Shown here one piece after another: positions 1-12,929 of a stretch of 64,000 nt of DNA (positions within the stretch are counted from its first letter, which is position 1; each line of letters opens with the position of its first letter). A program made the position numbers and the translations under genes. The stretch is taken from assembly GCA_964016885.1 (NCBI GenBank), contig OZ024740.1, forward strand, positions 133,486,001 to 133,550,000, written 5' to 3'. The stretch comes from Eledone cirrhosa (taxonomy: Eukaryota). The notes beneath the pieces were generated by a model. That model worked only from the letters and a program-made list of their open reading frames with translations. It was not told the origin of the DNA and searched no databases.

Positions 1-2316
1 TGACGGGGGCCATCGTCAACAACAAGTGGGGGTTTGCTCTGAAAAGAGCGATTAGAATAGAATCCATTAGGTTTAGTAAGGCTTTAGCAATAGAGAAAAA
101 TAGAGCAGAGGGAGAACTAGTTAGAAGATTAGACGAGGCGCTTAGCAAAGGCATTGCGACCGACGTGCTTGCGGCGAAATTGGCCCTTGACCAATTTTTC
201 AATGCAAAGCACGAAGGCTGCGTTGTCAGAGCAAGGGTGCGTGCTCTCAGACACGAGGGGACGAAAGCCGTTCAATGGGCCCGAGTGGCGGAGGCGCGTC
301 GTGGCAACAAAGCCACGATCCGGTCTTTGGTGGACCACGACGGGCGCATGCTACTCGATCCCGGGCAAATGTGTGAAGCTTTTCAGCGACACTTCGCTCA
401 GCTGTTCGGGGGCAGTGGTGGGCCGGGTCGAGAGATGGACTTTAGTGTCTACCTCGACGGGCTGCTGCGGCTCTCGGCCACTGAGGCGAAGTGTTGCGAA
501 AAGCCGATAACAGCCGCTGAAGTAAGGGAGGCAATGACTGGCTGCACAAGGGGTAAATCGCCTGGTTTGGATGGTCTGCACTATGAACTTTACGTACAGA
601 TGCCAGACTTGTTCGGAGGCCTCTTGGCGGACGTCTACTGCAACTGGCAACAGAACGGGAGAATTCCCAGCTCTGTGAGCCGAGGAGCGGTAGCGCTGCT
701 GAGAAAGGATTCGAACAAGGGGTATAACATAGATAATTTCAGGCCCATAACTCTACTAAACACAGAGTTCAAGATTTTGGCCAAGGTGCTAGCAAAGAGG
801 TTGGCGCTTATCGTTGGTGGTCTGGTGGGAGAGGCGCAGACATGCGCCATTCCCGCCAGATCCATCCATGAAACCTCCACCTCATGCGATACATCATAGA
901 GAGGGTAGCTAGGGAACCTGGCACGGGTGGGTCCTTGATCAATTTAGATCAGTCGAAAGCCTTCGATAGGGTCGACCATCATTATCTGGCGGCTGTCCTG
1001 AGGGCGGCTGGCTTTATGTACGTCTCCAGAGGCTGGATCGCTGTTATGCACAGCGACATCTGCTCTGTGGTGAGAACTGTTCAACATCATGCGCTCGGTC
1101 CGCCAAGGATGTCCCCTCTCATCCCTCTTGTACGTATTGACTCTCGAGCCATTACTGCACAAACTGGAGACGTTGAGGGGCGTCCCGCGTGAACTAGAAT
1201 GCGGAAGATCCGTGTCAGCATATGCGGACGATGTCACCGTAGTGGTGTCGAACGCCAAACACATCGAGGCGATCGGCACTACACTAAGAGAAATCGAGGT
1301 AGTGACAGGAGCAATGATCAACCAGGAAAATTCAGTGGGCCTGCAGCTCGGCACCTGGAGAGGTAGGTCCATGCCGTCCAACAGCGTCGTCGGACGCTGG
1401 ACGGACGGACCGGTTAAATTGCTAGGGGTCTGGTTCGGTCCGGACCTCCAAACGGACAAAAACTGGGACGAGGTGACGAGCAGGGTGGCGTCTCTCACCC
1501 AGAAATGGGCGGAGAGGAGGCTATCACTGAAAGGTCGTGCGGAGGTGGCTAACGCGTACATCGCGTTCGTCATCTAATACCGCCTGACCGTCGTACCTTG
1601 TCCTAAGCCCCGCCTAACTGCGCTGGAGCGTTTGCTCTATCGCTTTTTGTGGAAGGGACGCGCTCCGATGGTCAGGCGGTCCATCTGCTGTCAACACCCG
1701 CTATGTGGAGGGCTGGGCATGCCGTGGTTGATGATGCGCAGGCACGCGCTCAGGCTACGACGTCTCCACTTCTTTCTCGACGCGTCTTTCCCCAGCTCGT
1801 CTCCTTGACGGAACTGCAGTCCTGGGTCAAGCGAAGACCGAAAGGGAGAGCTTGGAGACTGGAATGTCTTCAGAGGCTCACAGCGCTCGACCAGTCGGGC
1901 AATGTGATCGGTGGAAACTCCACCTCGGCGTTCTATAGAGGATTAGTGGAGGGGAAGACCGACGACGTACTTGGGTAAACTCTAGGCCTCGACGAAAATC
2001 AACTAGCCAATCTCTTCGGAAGAACTTTCGGGCGGCCTATGGACAACTTCCAGAAATTCCTGGCTAGGCCGTGCTACCGAGGAGCATTGAGGTGTCGTCA
2101 GCCCTGGTGGTCAGAGTCGCTGTGGCTTTTAATGGGCTTTCTCCACAAATGTCCCTCGGAAGTCTCCCTCGTATTGGGAATTTTTCATTGTTATTTTTTT
2201 ATTAGATCCTCTGTTTTTGTTTTTTACACGTAGAAATGCAAATTGTATAATACTGTACTGTCCTGTACTCTCCTTAATGTCTACTTTATGTAAAACCTTG
2301 TGGTTAATAAAGAAAG
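1..2316 (+). mobile_element. Tx1/L1-clade non-LTR retrotransposon, ORF2 + 3'UTR (copy A), frameshifted, runs off the window start
   Basis: ORFs 165-899, 884-1192 and 1089-1577 carry RT motifs KSPGLDG, FRPITLLN, DQSKAFDRVDH, RQGCPLS, YADD. An internal deletion near 2090 joins ORF2 to the 3'UTR. AATAAA at ~2306 is followed by (TAT)n. Confidence 0.92.
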
Positions 2317-2335
2317 TATTATTATTATTATTATT
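2317..2335. repeat. (TTA)n tract shared by the 3' ends of Tx1 copy A (+) and the R4/Dong-like element (-)
   Basis: tattattattattattatt directly between the two element termini. Confidence 0.9.
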
Positions 2336-5190
2336 GTTGTTCTTTGAGTATCTGTCATTGATGTTAGTTAACTGGAAAGTCTGTTGAAATGAATATCAAG
2401 CCACTACCTGAAGCCTCAGATATTCAGGACGTATCGGAGGGTTCTTGCTGTTCCCAGCAAGCATGCCTTTTGAAGTATTCCAAAAAGTGGGGCGGGGCCA
2501 ATTTTCTTTAACCATCCCTGGAAACTTTTTGAGATAGTACCTAGTGCACCTATAACAATCGGGATCACTTTAACTTCATGGCAGTTCCAAATCCTTTTCA
2601 CCTCCTGGTATCGGTTAATTTTCTTCCTCTCCTTCTCTTGCACTTTGGTGTCGAATGGGCAGGCCACATCCACAATCAGGCACGATCTTTTTTCCTTGCC
2701 GAAAACCACCAGGTCAGGTCTATTGTATTCCAGTTTCTTGTCCGTCTGTATCCTAAAATCCCATAGCATCTTCAGCTGATCGTTTTCTATCACCGACTCT
2801 GGCTTATGCTCATACCACTTCTCAGAATGTGGTAAATTGTTTACTTTGCATAGGTGCCAGTGGATCACCCTGCCTATCACATCATGTCTGCAGCCTTTAT
2901 AGTGAGTCTGGGCTAGGTGTTTACACTCGGATACAATGTGAGCCACAGTCTCCTCTCTCTCTCTTCACATATCCTGCACAGTGGGCTAGCCTCCTCCTTG
3001 TAAATATGGTGTTTCAGCCACTTCGTTTTGAGGGCCTGCTCTTGCGCAGCCATTAACATTCCTTCTGTAGCCTTTTAAGGTCTCCTTTTTCAACCAGTTC
3101 CATGTCTGTGGATCTCTGAATTCAGTTTTCTCAAAGAAGGTACTATGAAGGGATTTTTCATGAAGGCTGCTCTTTCTCCTTGTTGTTATTTCCTCCTTGG
3201 AGATCCCCTGGTCTATTGTCCTCTCCTTCAGTACAATTCTGAGCATTGGCTCCTTACTATCGGTCACGTATTTGTGTAGGTTGTTTTTCTCCATCTGAAC
3301 ACAGTCCTCTATGCTGATAAGACCTCTTCCACCTTCAGATCTCCTTAAGTAGAGTCTATCGACATTACTCCTCTTGTGGAACATGTTGTAGATAGTCAAT
3401 AGCTTCCTAGTCTTCCTATCCATTTCTTTTTGTTCAGCAGCATTCCATCTCAGAATTCCAGCACTACCTAATAATAGACACAGCTCGGGAATGTACTGCA
3501 GTTATGGCATTCCTACTGTTCAGATGTGACTTTAATACGCTCCTTACTCTCCGAATGTATTCAGATCTAATCAATTCCTTCATTTTTTTCTTCTTGATGT
3601 CATCAGCCTCGAGAATACCCAAATACTTGTATCCTTCGTCAGTGTCAATTTCCTTTATCATCTCACCTGTTGGTACCTGGATTCCGTTGCTTCTGCTCAA
3701 TTTACCCCTCTTCATCACAAGGACTCCACACTTACTAATACTAAATTGCATACATATATCATTGCTGAAAATACTGACAGTGTCAACAAGCACATCCAAC
3801 TCCTTCTCACTCTTCCCAAAGAGTTTAAGATCGTCCATGAAGAGGAGGTGATTGAGGGTAAGCTCTACTTTTCCCAACTTGTATCCTGCTATTATTTTTC
3901 GCAATATAATGGTCAGGTGTATCAGGGCAAGGACAAACAACAGATGGGACAGATTATCTCCCTGGAAGATACCTCTCTTGATCTTCACGCCTTCCAAGGA
4001 TTCTCCAGCTGAAGTTAACTCTGTTTTCCAGGACTTCATACTTTTTATCAACAACTGTCTGATGTTATCTGCCACCTTGACGATCTCTAGCCTTTTGGTG
4101 ATCCAAGAATGAGGTACCATGTCAAATGCCGTGTTGTAGTCTATCCATCCCATGGCAAGACCAGTGTGTCTCCTCTTGCAATTCCTCATTACCATCATAT
4201 CAATAAGTAACTGGTCCTTTGAACCACGGGACTTCTTTCGTCGGCATCCTTTCTGTTCGTCCGGTAACAAGTTGTTTGTGTGGAGGTGATGGTAGATTTT
4301 CTCAGACATAATGCTTGTCAACAGTTTCCACATTACGGACAGACATGTGATAGGTCTATAGTTGGTAACATCATTACCCTTGATTCGGTCTTTCATTACC
4401 AGAACTGTGGTACCTTTTGTCAACCACTCTGGTACCTCACCTGACATCAAGCAGTCATTGAACATTGTTGTCAGTTTCGGGTGGAGGAATATTATATGTT
4501 TAATCCTATACCCCAGCACACCATCTGGGCCTGGTGATTTCCAGTTGGTTAGTTTTTTGGACTGCCCCTTAAGAGTTTCAACTGTGATACTCAAATCAGT
4601 TTGTTGGTGTGCCTGTTCATAAATCGCCTTTTGTACTATTTCAATCTACCCTGCCTGGTCATTATGTTTAACATCCTGCTCAAGTATTCCTCTCCAGAAT
4701 GTCTTAGTTTGTTCCACCTCAGAGATCAATTCGTTGCCTCTTTCTTTCCCTTCAATTTGTCCAAACAACATCTTCTGGTTGCTGTCAAACATGCGGTTCT
4801 GACTTTACTGACTGACTCTGCTCTCGTATCGCCTAATTTTTGCACTCTTTGTTACAATGCGCTTCTTCAGTGCCTCTATGATAATATTTAGCTTTTTCAT
4901 CCTAGTTTTGTACTTTATTTCCAGTCTATTTTTAGTTTCTATGTTTTTTAGTGTCCCATTCAGTAGGGACTGAAGCTTTCCAAATGTCATTTCTCATTTC
5001 CCTGATTTGTAGTTTCCTCACCCTATTTGCTGTTGCTTTGAGGATATTGTTGCACTGGTGAAGGCTCCTCGCCTCAAGGTATGGGATGACTTTGTTTACC
5101 TTAGCTGTTGTTTCTTTTAACTTTTTCCTGTCTACAATACTTAGGTTCATAGGTTTCCCACTATCATTGTTCATTTTATCTACCACTAAG
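2336..5190 (-). mobile_element. R4/Dong-like RLE non-LTR retrotransposon, 5'-truncated, disrupted ORF
   Basis: ORF 3464-4594 is RT (WKSPGPDG, YRPITCL, GIFQGD, LFMDDLKL). ORF 2416-2946 has the restriction-like endonuclease (RHD, RPDLVV..IVDVACP). The 3' end runs into (TAA)n. Confidence 0.9.
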
Positions 5191-5219
5191 TTTAGGATAT
5201 CAAAAGTTTAGGATATCAA

Positions 5220-5866
5220 ATGGCAGTTCCAAATCTTTTTACCTCCCACTTTAAGTCCTGGTATCGGTTAATTTTCTCCCTCTCCATTTCTTGCATTCTC
5301 CTGTCAAATGGGCAGGTGACATCTAAAATCAGGCACGATCTTTTTTCCTTGACCAAAAACCACCAGGTCAGGCCTATCGTGTTCTAATTTCTTGTCTGTC
5401 TGTATCTTAAAATCCAATAGCACCTTCACTTGATCGTTTTCTATTACCGACTGGATTATGCTCATACCACTTCTCAAAATGTGGTAAATTGTTTTGTTTG
5501 CATAAAGGCCAGTGAATTAGCTTTCCTGTCTCATCATGTCTCCAGCCTTTATAGTGAGTCTGGGCTAGGTGTTTACACTCGGATACAATGTGAGCCACAG
5601 TCTCCTCTCTCTCTCCACAGATCCTACACAGAGAGCTAGCCTCCTCCTTGTCAATATGGTGTTTCACCCACTTCGTTCTGAAGGCCTGCTCTTGTGCAGC
5701 CATTAGCATACCTTCTGTAGATTTTTTAAGATCTCCTCTTTTTAACTAGTGCCATGTCTCTGGATCTCTGAATTCTGTTTTCTTAAAGAAGGGATTGTCT
5801 ATGAATGGATTGTTCATGGAAGTTGCTCTTCCTCCTTGTTGTTATTTCGTCCTGGGACATTCCCTA
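5220..5866 (-). mobile_element. R4/Dong-like fragment (CCHC + RLE region)
   Basis: ORF 5407-5709 LCRICGEREETVAHIVSECKHL; nucleotide similarity to 2580-3200. Confidence 0.85.
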
Positions 5867-5883
5867 TTATTATTATTATTATT

Positions 5884-6290
5884 GTTCTTTGATTCTCAGT
5901 CATTGATTTTATTTAACTGGAAAGTTTGTTGAAATGAATATCAAGCCACTACCTGCAACCTCAGACATTCAGGACGTATTGGAGGGTTCTTGCTGTTCCG
6001 AGCAAGCATCCCTTTTGAGGTGTTCCAAAAAGCGGGGCTGGACTAATCTTCTATAACCATCCTTGGAAAATCTTTGGGATAGTATCTAGTGCATGTATGA
6101 CAATCAGAATGACCTTGATCTCATGGCAGTTCCAAATCCTTTTTGCCTCCCACTTTAAATCCTGGTATCGGTTAATGTTCTCCCTCTCGTTTTCTTGAAT
6201 TCTCGTGTCAAATGGGCAGGTTACATCTACAACCAGGCACGATCTTTTTTCTTTGTCCAAAACCACCAGATCAGGCCTATTGTGTTCAAG
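5884..6290 (-). mobile_element. R4/Dong-like 3'-end fragment ending in (TAA)n
   Basis: Homologous to 2336-2735; HNRPDLVVLDKEKRSCLVVDVTCPFD; (TTA)n at ~5865-5883. Confidence 0.85.
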
Positions 6291-6330
6291 ATGACAATAA
6301 TTGTAAGATGACAATAATTGTAAGATGACA

Positions 6331-6426
6331 ATAATTGTTTCTACTTTTAGCACAAGGCCAGCAATTATCCAGTGCATTACTGGTACTTTATTTTATCGAC
6401 ACCGTAAGGATGAAAGGCAAAGTTAC
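6331..6426 (-). mobile_element. tRNA-derived SINE, 3' part
   Basis: Matches the 3' half of the SINE copies at 36537 and 60858 (ggtactttattttatcgac..gtaaggatgaaaggcaaagt). Confidence 0.8.
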
Positions 6427-6519
6427 ATTAGGAAGACATTAAAAACAGCACAAAAATAATGATCGAAACTTATTTTTATTTTCTTATCTTTTTATTTATT
6501 TAATTATTTATTTATTTTC

Positions 6520-7967
6520 GTCTAGAACGTGATGGTGTCACGCTAAAAACACCGGTGGTGATGTAACCATAAATTCACTAATCTTCGATATGAGTGTTTA
6601 AATTTCGAACCCAAACAGTTCGAAAAACGGTGAAAAGGAGACAGGAACGTCCTGTGAAAGACTCTAACCCAACAAGTGCTCCTGGCCCAGCATCAGGGAC
6701 CTGGCTGACATCCAAATACTGCTGGTGTTTGACGAAGAAGAAGGAATGGCACAAGAACCAACTGGACGAAAGAATTGAATAGAACTCTCATGAATTATTA
6801 CCTGAAGAGTAACCCCAAGGAAAAAGGCTATAGGAAACGGATGCATAACATCTGGAATGAGATTGGTCTATTTAAATTAGGTGAACAAAAATTAGCGGGT
6901 CAGACTCGTGTAATAAGAACTAATGGATGGATAAGCGAGTTGGAACTGGAGGAACTGAGCAAAGAGATTGAGTTGGAAATGGAGAGTGGAGTATATCAGG
7001 CAAATGACCCAGTGGGAAATGAAGGTGAAGAAATTGAGAGACCTGAGCAAGCACCCGAAGCAGATATGAACTGAATGCTGAAATAAATAACATCTGGAAC
7101 AAAGATACGGCCATTGAGGAAATGAATGCTGACGGGCTTGGGCAAGATTTGGTTCATAATCTGAACTTAGTGGTAGATGAAATGAACAATGATAGTAGAA
7201 AACCTATGAACCTAGGATTTGTAGACAGGAAAAAGTTAAAAGAAACAACAGCTAAGGTAAACAATGTCATCCCATACCTTGAGGCGAGGAACCTTCACCA
7301 ATGCAACAATATCCTCAAAGCAACCGCAAGTATGGTGAAAAAATTACTTGGTATAAAAACAAGAGGAAACAACAAACAAGAAATATCAGAATCTTGGTGG
7401 AAGAAACGACTGAACGGTCAAATCAAGGAAATGAGAAATGACATTGGAAAGCTTGAGTCTTTAATGAATGTGACTTTACAAAACATAGACACTAAATATA
7501 GATTGAAAATAAAGTACAAAACTAGGAGGAAAAAGCTAAATCTTATCATAGAGGAACTGAAGCAACGCATTGTAGCAAAAAGTACAAAGATTAGGCGGTA
7601 TGAGAACAAAGTTAGTCAATGTAGACAGAACCGCATGTTTGACAACAACCAGAAGATGTTGTTTGAACAGCTTGAAGGGAAAGAAAGAGGCAACGACGTG
7701 ATCCCTGAGGTTGAACTAATACATTCTGGAGAGGAATATGAGAGAAGGATGTTACATAATAGTCAGGCAGCGTTGATTGAGACAGTTCAAATGGAGATTA
7801 GTGAACAAGCACACCAACAACCTGATTTGAGTATCACAGTTGAAACTCTTAAAGGGCAGGACAAAAATCTAACCAACTGGAAATCACCAGGCCCAGATGG
7901 TGTGCAAGCGTATTGGATTAAAAATATAATATCCCTCCACCTGAAACTGACAACCAAGTTCAATGAC
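6520..7967 (+). mobile_element. R4/Dong-like element, 5' half
   Basis: N-terminal WTKELN..YYLKSNP..GYRKRMHNIW..EQKLAGQ motif typical of R4-clade ORFs. 7145-7965 is an inverted homolog of 4460-5190 and breaks off just after WKSPGPDG. Confidence 0.8.
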
Positions 7968-7969
7968 TA

Positions 7970-8278
7970 CGAAATTGATAAAACAGAGCTCCAGCAACAC
8001 ACTGAGATAATTGCCGGCCCTCTGACAAAAGCAGAATCAACCTCTATCATCATCAGCATGTACAATTTATGGTCTAAGCACAAACCCGGCCGAGGTCAAT
8101 CGCTCGGCCTGTGTCAGAAGCAGATACAATTATTATTATCATCAACATCTGCCATTTATGGTCCTAGTACAAATGCCGCTGAGGTCAACACCGCTCCTCA
8201 CTCTACGGGGTCAACATGACAGAGTACCAGCAATCCACCGGGCCAATCACCGGCCCTGTTCCAAAAGCAGAAATAATC
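7970..8278 (+). mobile_element. Three tandem diverged SINE 3' fragments
   Basis: ~7970-8040, ~8088-8130 and ~8150-8278 align by eye to the sense strand of the SINE at 60858-61047, with many T>C differences. Confidence 0.6.
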
Positions 8279-8352
8279 AGACATTTCTAATCCAGCCTTG
8301 TGTGGTTTTTAAATAAATATCTGACTCCAACCACGGATACCACTAAAAATAT

Positions 8353-8390
<38 letters not shown>

Positions 8391-8425
8391 TATGTGACGA
8401 AACATTAACTCATAATACTTTATTT

Positions 8426-8481
8426 ACTGCTATATATATTTCGATGATAGCCATTGACTGGCTATGACGTCATCGGGCAGT
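8426..8481 (-). ncRNA. Minimal type I hammerhead ribozyme motif (PLE-type)
   Basis: Minus strand: ACTGC CCGATGA cgtc-ATAGCCA gtcaa TGGCTAT-catc GAAA TATATA TA^ GCAGT. Stem I is 5 bp; stem III is palindromic. Confidence 0.7.
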
Positions 8482-8630
8482 TAGTCAGTTCGTAGATATG
8501 CCAGCTCTGTGTTTTTGGTGTTGTTATATATATATATACATATATATATATGTATATAATATATATATATATATATAAATATGTATATAATATATATATA
8601 TATAAATATATATATATATATTATATATAT

Positions 8631-8665
<35 letters not shown>

Positions 8666-8666
<1 letters not shown>

Positions 8667-8720
8667 GAAATAGCCGTCAATACGGCTTGAGCTCTGCCGT
8701 CGGGGTCATACTTTTTCCTA
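8666..8720 (+). mobile_element. Fragment of the GAAACGGC fold-back family (3' half of an HHR)
   Basis: tagccgtcaatacggcttgagctctgccgtcggggtcatactttttccta closely matches 51035-51087; lies within (TA)n. Confidence 0.7.
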
Positions 8721-8744
8721 TATATATATATATATATATTTATG

Positions 8745-8775
<31 letters not shown>

Positions 8776-8776
<1 letters not shown>

Positions 8777-9037
8777 AGTATTCAGATAGAGCTCAAGCGC
8801 AGAAATACAATAAAGATAGATATTTAAAGACGTTGAAGACGCTTAAAAGACGGAAAAATAAGTTGCGATTGGCCACCATGAGGTATTGATTCCCATATCT
8901 TCCAGACAGTATCTGGAAGATATGGGATTCACTACTTGATAGCAGCCAACTTCTTTTTCCCTCTTTTAAAGGTCTTCACTTTATTTTTAAAAGGTATTTT
9001 TATAGAATGTCTGCGCCCCACCACTTTCTTTATACTT
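8776..9037. repeat. Degenerate ~260-bp palindrome with a near-perfect centre
   Basis: tcccatatcttccaga cagta tctggaagatatggga at ~8891-8927. The outer arms (gcgcaga..gaagac..aaaaga.ggaaaaa..agttg) also match in inverted orientation. Confidence 0.7.
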
Positions 9038-9040
9038 TTG

Positions 9041-9208
<168 letters not shown>

Positions 9209-9653
9209 TTTTAACTTGCAATTTTTTTTTTATTTCTAATTTTCAATAGTAATTTCCACTGTGAAACCATAATACCTAGAAATAAGTATATATTCTCTTA
9301 GCGGGTGATGGTCAATTCTATTGTCCAAGCATAATTTAGGGGTAGTATTGAGACCTATTGAAACTCATACTCTCCCACCCCCACTAGGTTTCGGCCAACT
9401 GCCACTGGCAGGGCGACTAGCAGTAAACTATACCGTGTCATATTACAGACCTGGATAGGCTGATCGTTTGGTTGAGAGGGGGCCTGCCTAGGCGAGTTTC
9501 TTAGAAATTTAGGGTAGTTGATGGTCAACTACCTTCGGACTGGCGCCTGCGCAGACCGGTGGGGGTGAATTGAGATCATAAGCACACGCTTTGTCCATTC
9601 CCCTGTCGATTCAATTTGGATTGCCTCGGAAACATAACCTTATAATGTAAGAA

Positions 9654-9728
9654 GCTGTCTGATGATGTCACGGCCCTGGGTACACCGAAGCGGGTGGCCA
9701 CTGTCGTCATTGAAATATGTATCACAGC
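9654..9728 (+). ncRNA. Type I hammerhead ribozyme motif
   Basis: GCTGT CTGATGA [long imperfect stem II with GGCC/GGCC] GAAA TATGTA TC^ ACAGC. Stem I GCTGT/ACAGC is perfect. Confidence 0.7.
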
Positions 9729-9855
9729 ATTATCATTAAAGGACTTTAACATCTGAAACTACTTCGCTTTTTCTTATTCGATATTTACTCCGTCACTCCC
9801 ATGTGGAAAAAGTACGTTGAATGCTTGAATAGAATTGCATCAATATTTACCTTAA

Positions 9856-9892
<37 letters not shown>

Positions 9893-9896
<4 letters not shown>

Positions 9897-11086
9897 TAAA
9901 TTTAGTCATTCATCAGTGATCTTCCAACTTTCATTGGTATTTCATCGCTTTAAAGACCATACACCTCTGGTTGATGCGAGCAACGGCTAAAGAAAGTTCT
10001 TGTAACACGTAAATAGGGGGAACTAGCGAGACAGTAAACAATCAAAGATGATAATGCAACGAAAAGTGAGGAAAAAGGAGCCAAGTCCCTGAAATCGATC
10101 AACATAAGTTCTATGAAATCGTGGACGAGAGAGAATAAAGACCATCAAACCTGGTCGAAATGTGAGTAAGGAAAGAATTTCGCACAGGTCAAACGGGAGG
10201 AATTAGGAGAGGGAGTAGCAGAGAGTGAGTGAGTGAAAGTGTGAGGAAGAGGCTAACAGAGAGAGTGACTGGCAGAGGGGGTAAAAGGAAGTGAGAGATA
10301 CAGAGAAAAGGGGAAGCAGTAAGAAAGAAACAGACGGGTCACAGCGGAGGAAAATATATATGAATATGAAAACATGGTGTGCTGCGTGGTTACAAATGGG
10401 TTACATATGAATACATTTAGTCCTTCATCAGTGATATTCCAACCTTCATTGGTATTTCATCGCTTTAAAGACCATATACCTCTGGTGGGTGCGAGCAACG
10501 GCTAAAGAAAGTCGTTGGGACACGTAAATTGGGGGAACGAGCGAGACAGTAAACAATCAAAGATGGTAATGCAACGAAAAGTGAGGAAGAAGGAGTCAAG
10601 TTCCTGAAATCGATGAACATAGGTTCTGTGAAATCATGGACGAGAGAGAATAAAGACCATCAAACCTGGTCGAAATGTGAGTAAGGAAAGAATTTCGCAC
10701 AGGTCAAACGGGAGGAAAAAGGAGTCAAGTCCCTGAAATCGATGAACATAAGTTCTGTGAAATCGTAGACGAGAGAGTATAAAGACCATCCGACCTGGTC
10801 GAAATGTGAGTAAGGAAAGAATTTCGCACAGATCAAACGGGAGGAAGTGTGAGAGGGAGTAGCAGAGAGTGAGTGAGTGAAAGTGTGAGGAAGAGGCTAA
10901 CAGAGAGACTGTTAGAGGGGGTAAAAGGAAGTGAGAGATACAGAGAAAAGGGGAAGCAGTAAGAAAGAAACAGACGGGTCACAGCGGAGGAAAATATATA
11001 TGAATATGAAAACATGGCGTGCTGCGTGGTTGCATATGGGTTACATATGAATAAATTTAGTCCTTCATCAGTGATCTTCCAACCTT
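9893..11086. repeat. Non-coding tandem element: two units plus a ~40-bp terminal redundancy, in (TA)n
   Basis: atgaata.atttagtc.ttcatcagtgat.ttccaac recurs at ~9892, ~10407 and ~11047. The first period is ~515 bp; the second is ~640 bp because of an internal ~125-bp duplication. Confidence 0.85.
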
Positions 11087-11261
11087 ATATATATATAAGT
11101 ATTTGTATATACATATGTATATGTGTGTGTGTGTATGTAAGTATGTATATATATATGTATGTATTTGTATATACATACATATATATGTATTTATATACGT
11201 ATATAAAAAAAAAACCACTGATGTGATCTCGGCTAGAAATACATATGTAAATATATATGTA

Positions 11262-12690
<1,429 letters not shown>

Positions 12691-12881
12691 TGTATGTCCT
12701 CGGCTAGAAATGAATATGTATATATATATATATATATATGAAAAGTGTAATTTACTACACAAAACGGAGGTTATAGAGAAAATTGAGGTTGGTAATGGCA
12801 CATGGAATATATAAGAGACAGAATACTTTTTTGTGAAAAAACATATAATTTTATAAGGTAAGGAAATAATAAAGGGTATAA

Positions 12882-12929
12882 AAAATGACCGGTTTCGATG
12901 GGTCTGCAAAAGCCATCTTTTCAAATGTT
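12882..12929 (-). ncRNA. Minimal hammerhead motif with U3-A8 variant core
   Basis: Minus strand: aacat TTGAAAA GATGG cttttgcagac CCATC GAAA CCGG TC^ atttt. Confidence 0.6.

Noticed and set aside
6520-6600. HDV-like ribozyme at the 5' end of the R4-like element
   Set aside because: I could not build the nested P1/P2/P3/P1.1 topology by hand.
9893-11086. CRISPR-like or other prokaryotic array
   Set aside because: The units are long near-identical tandem copies without unique spacers, and the context is eukaryotic.
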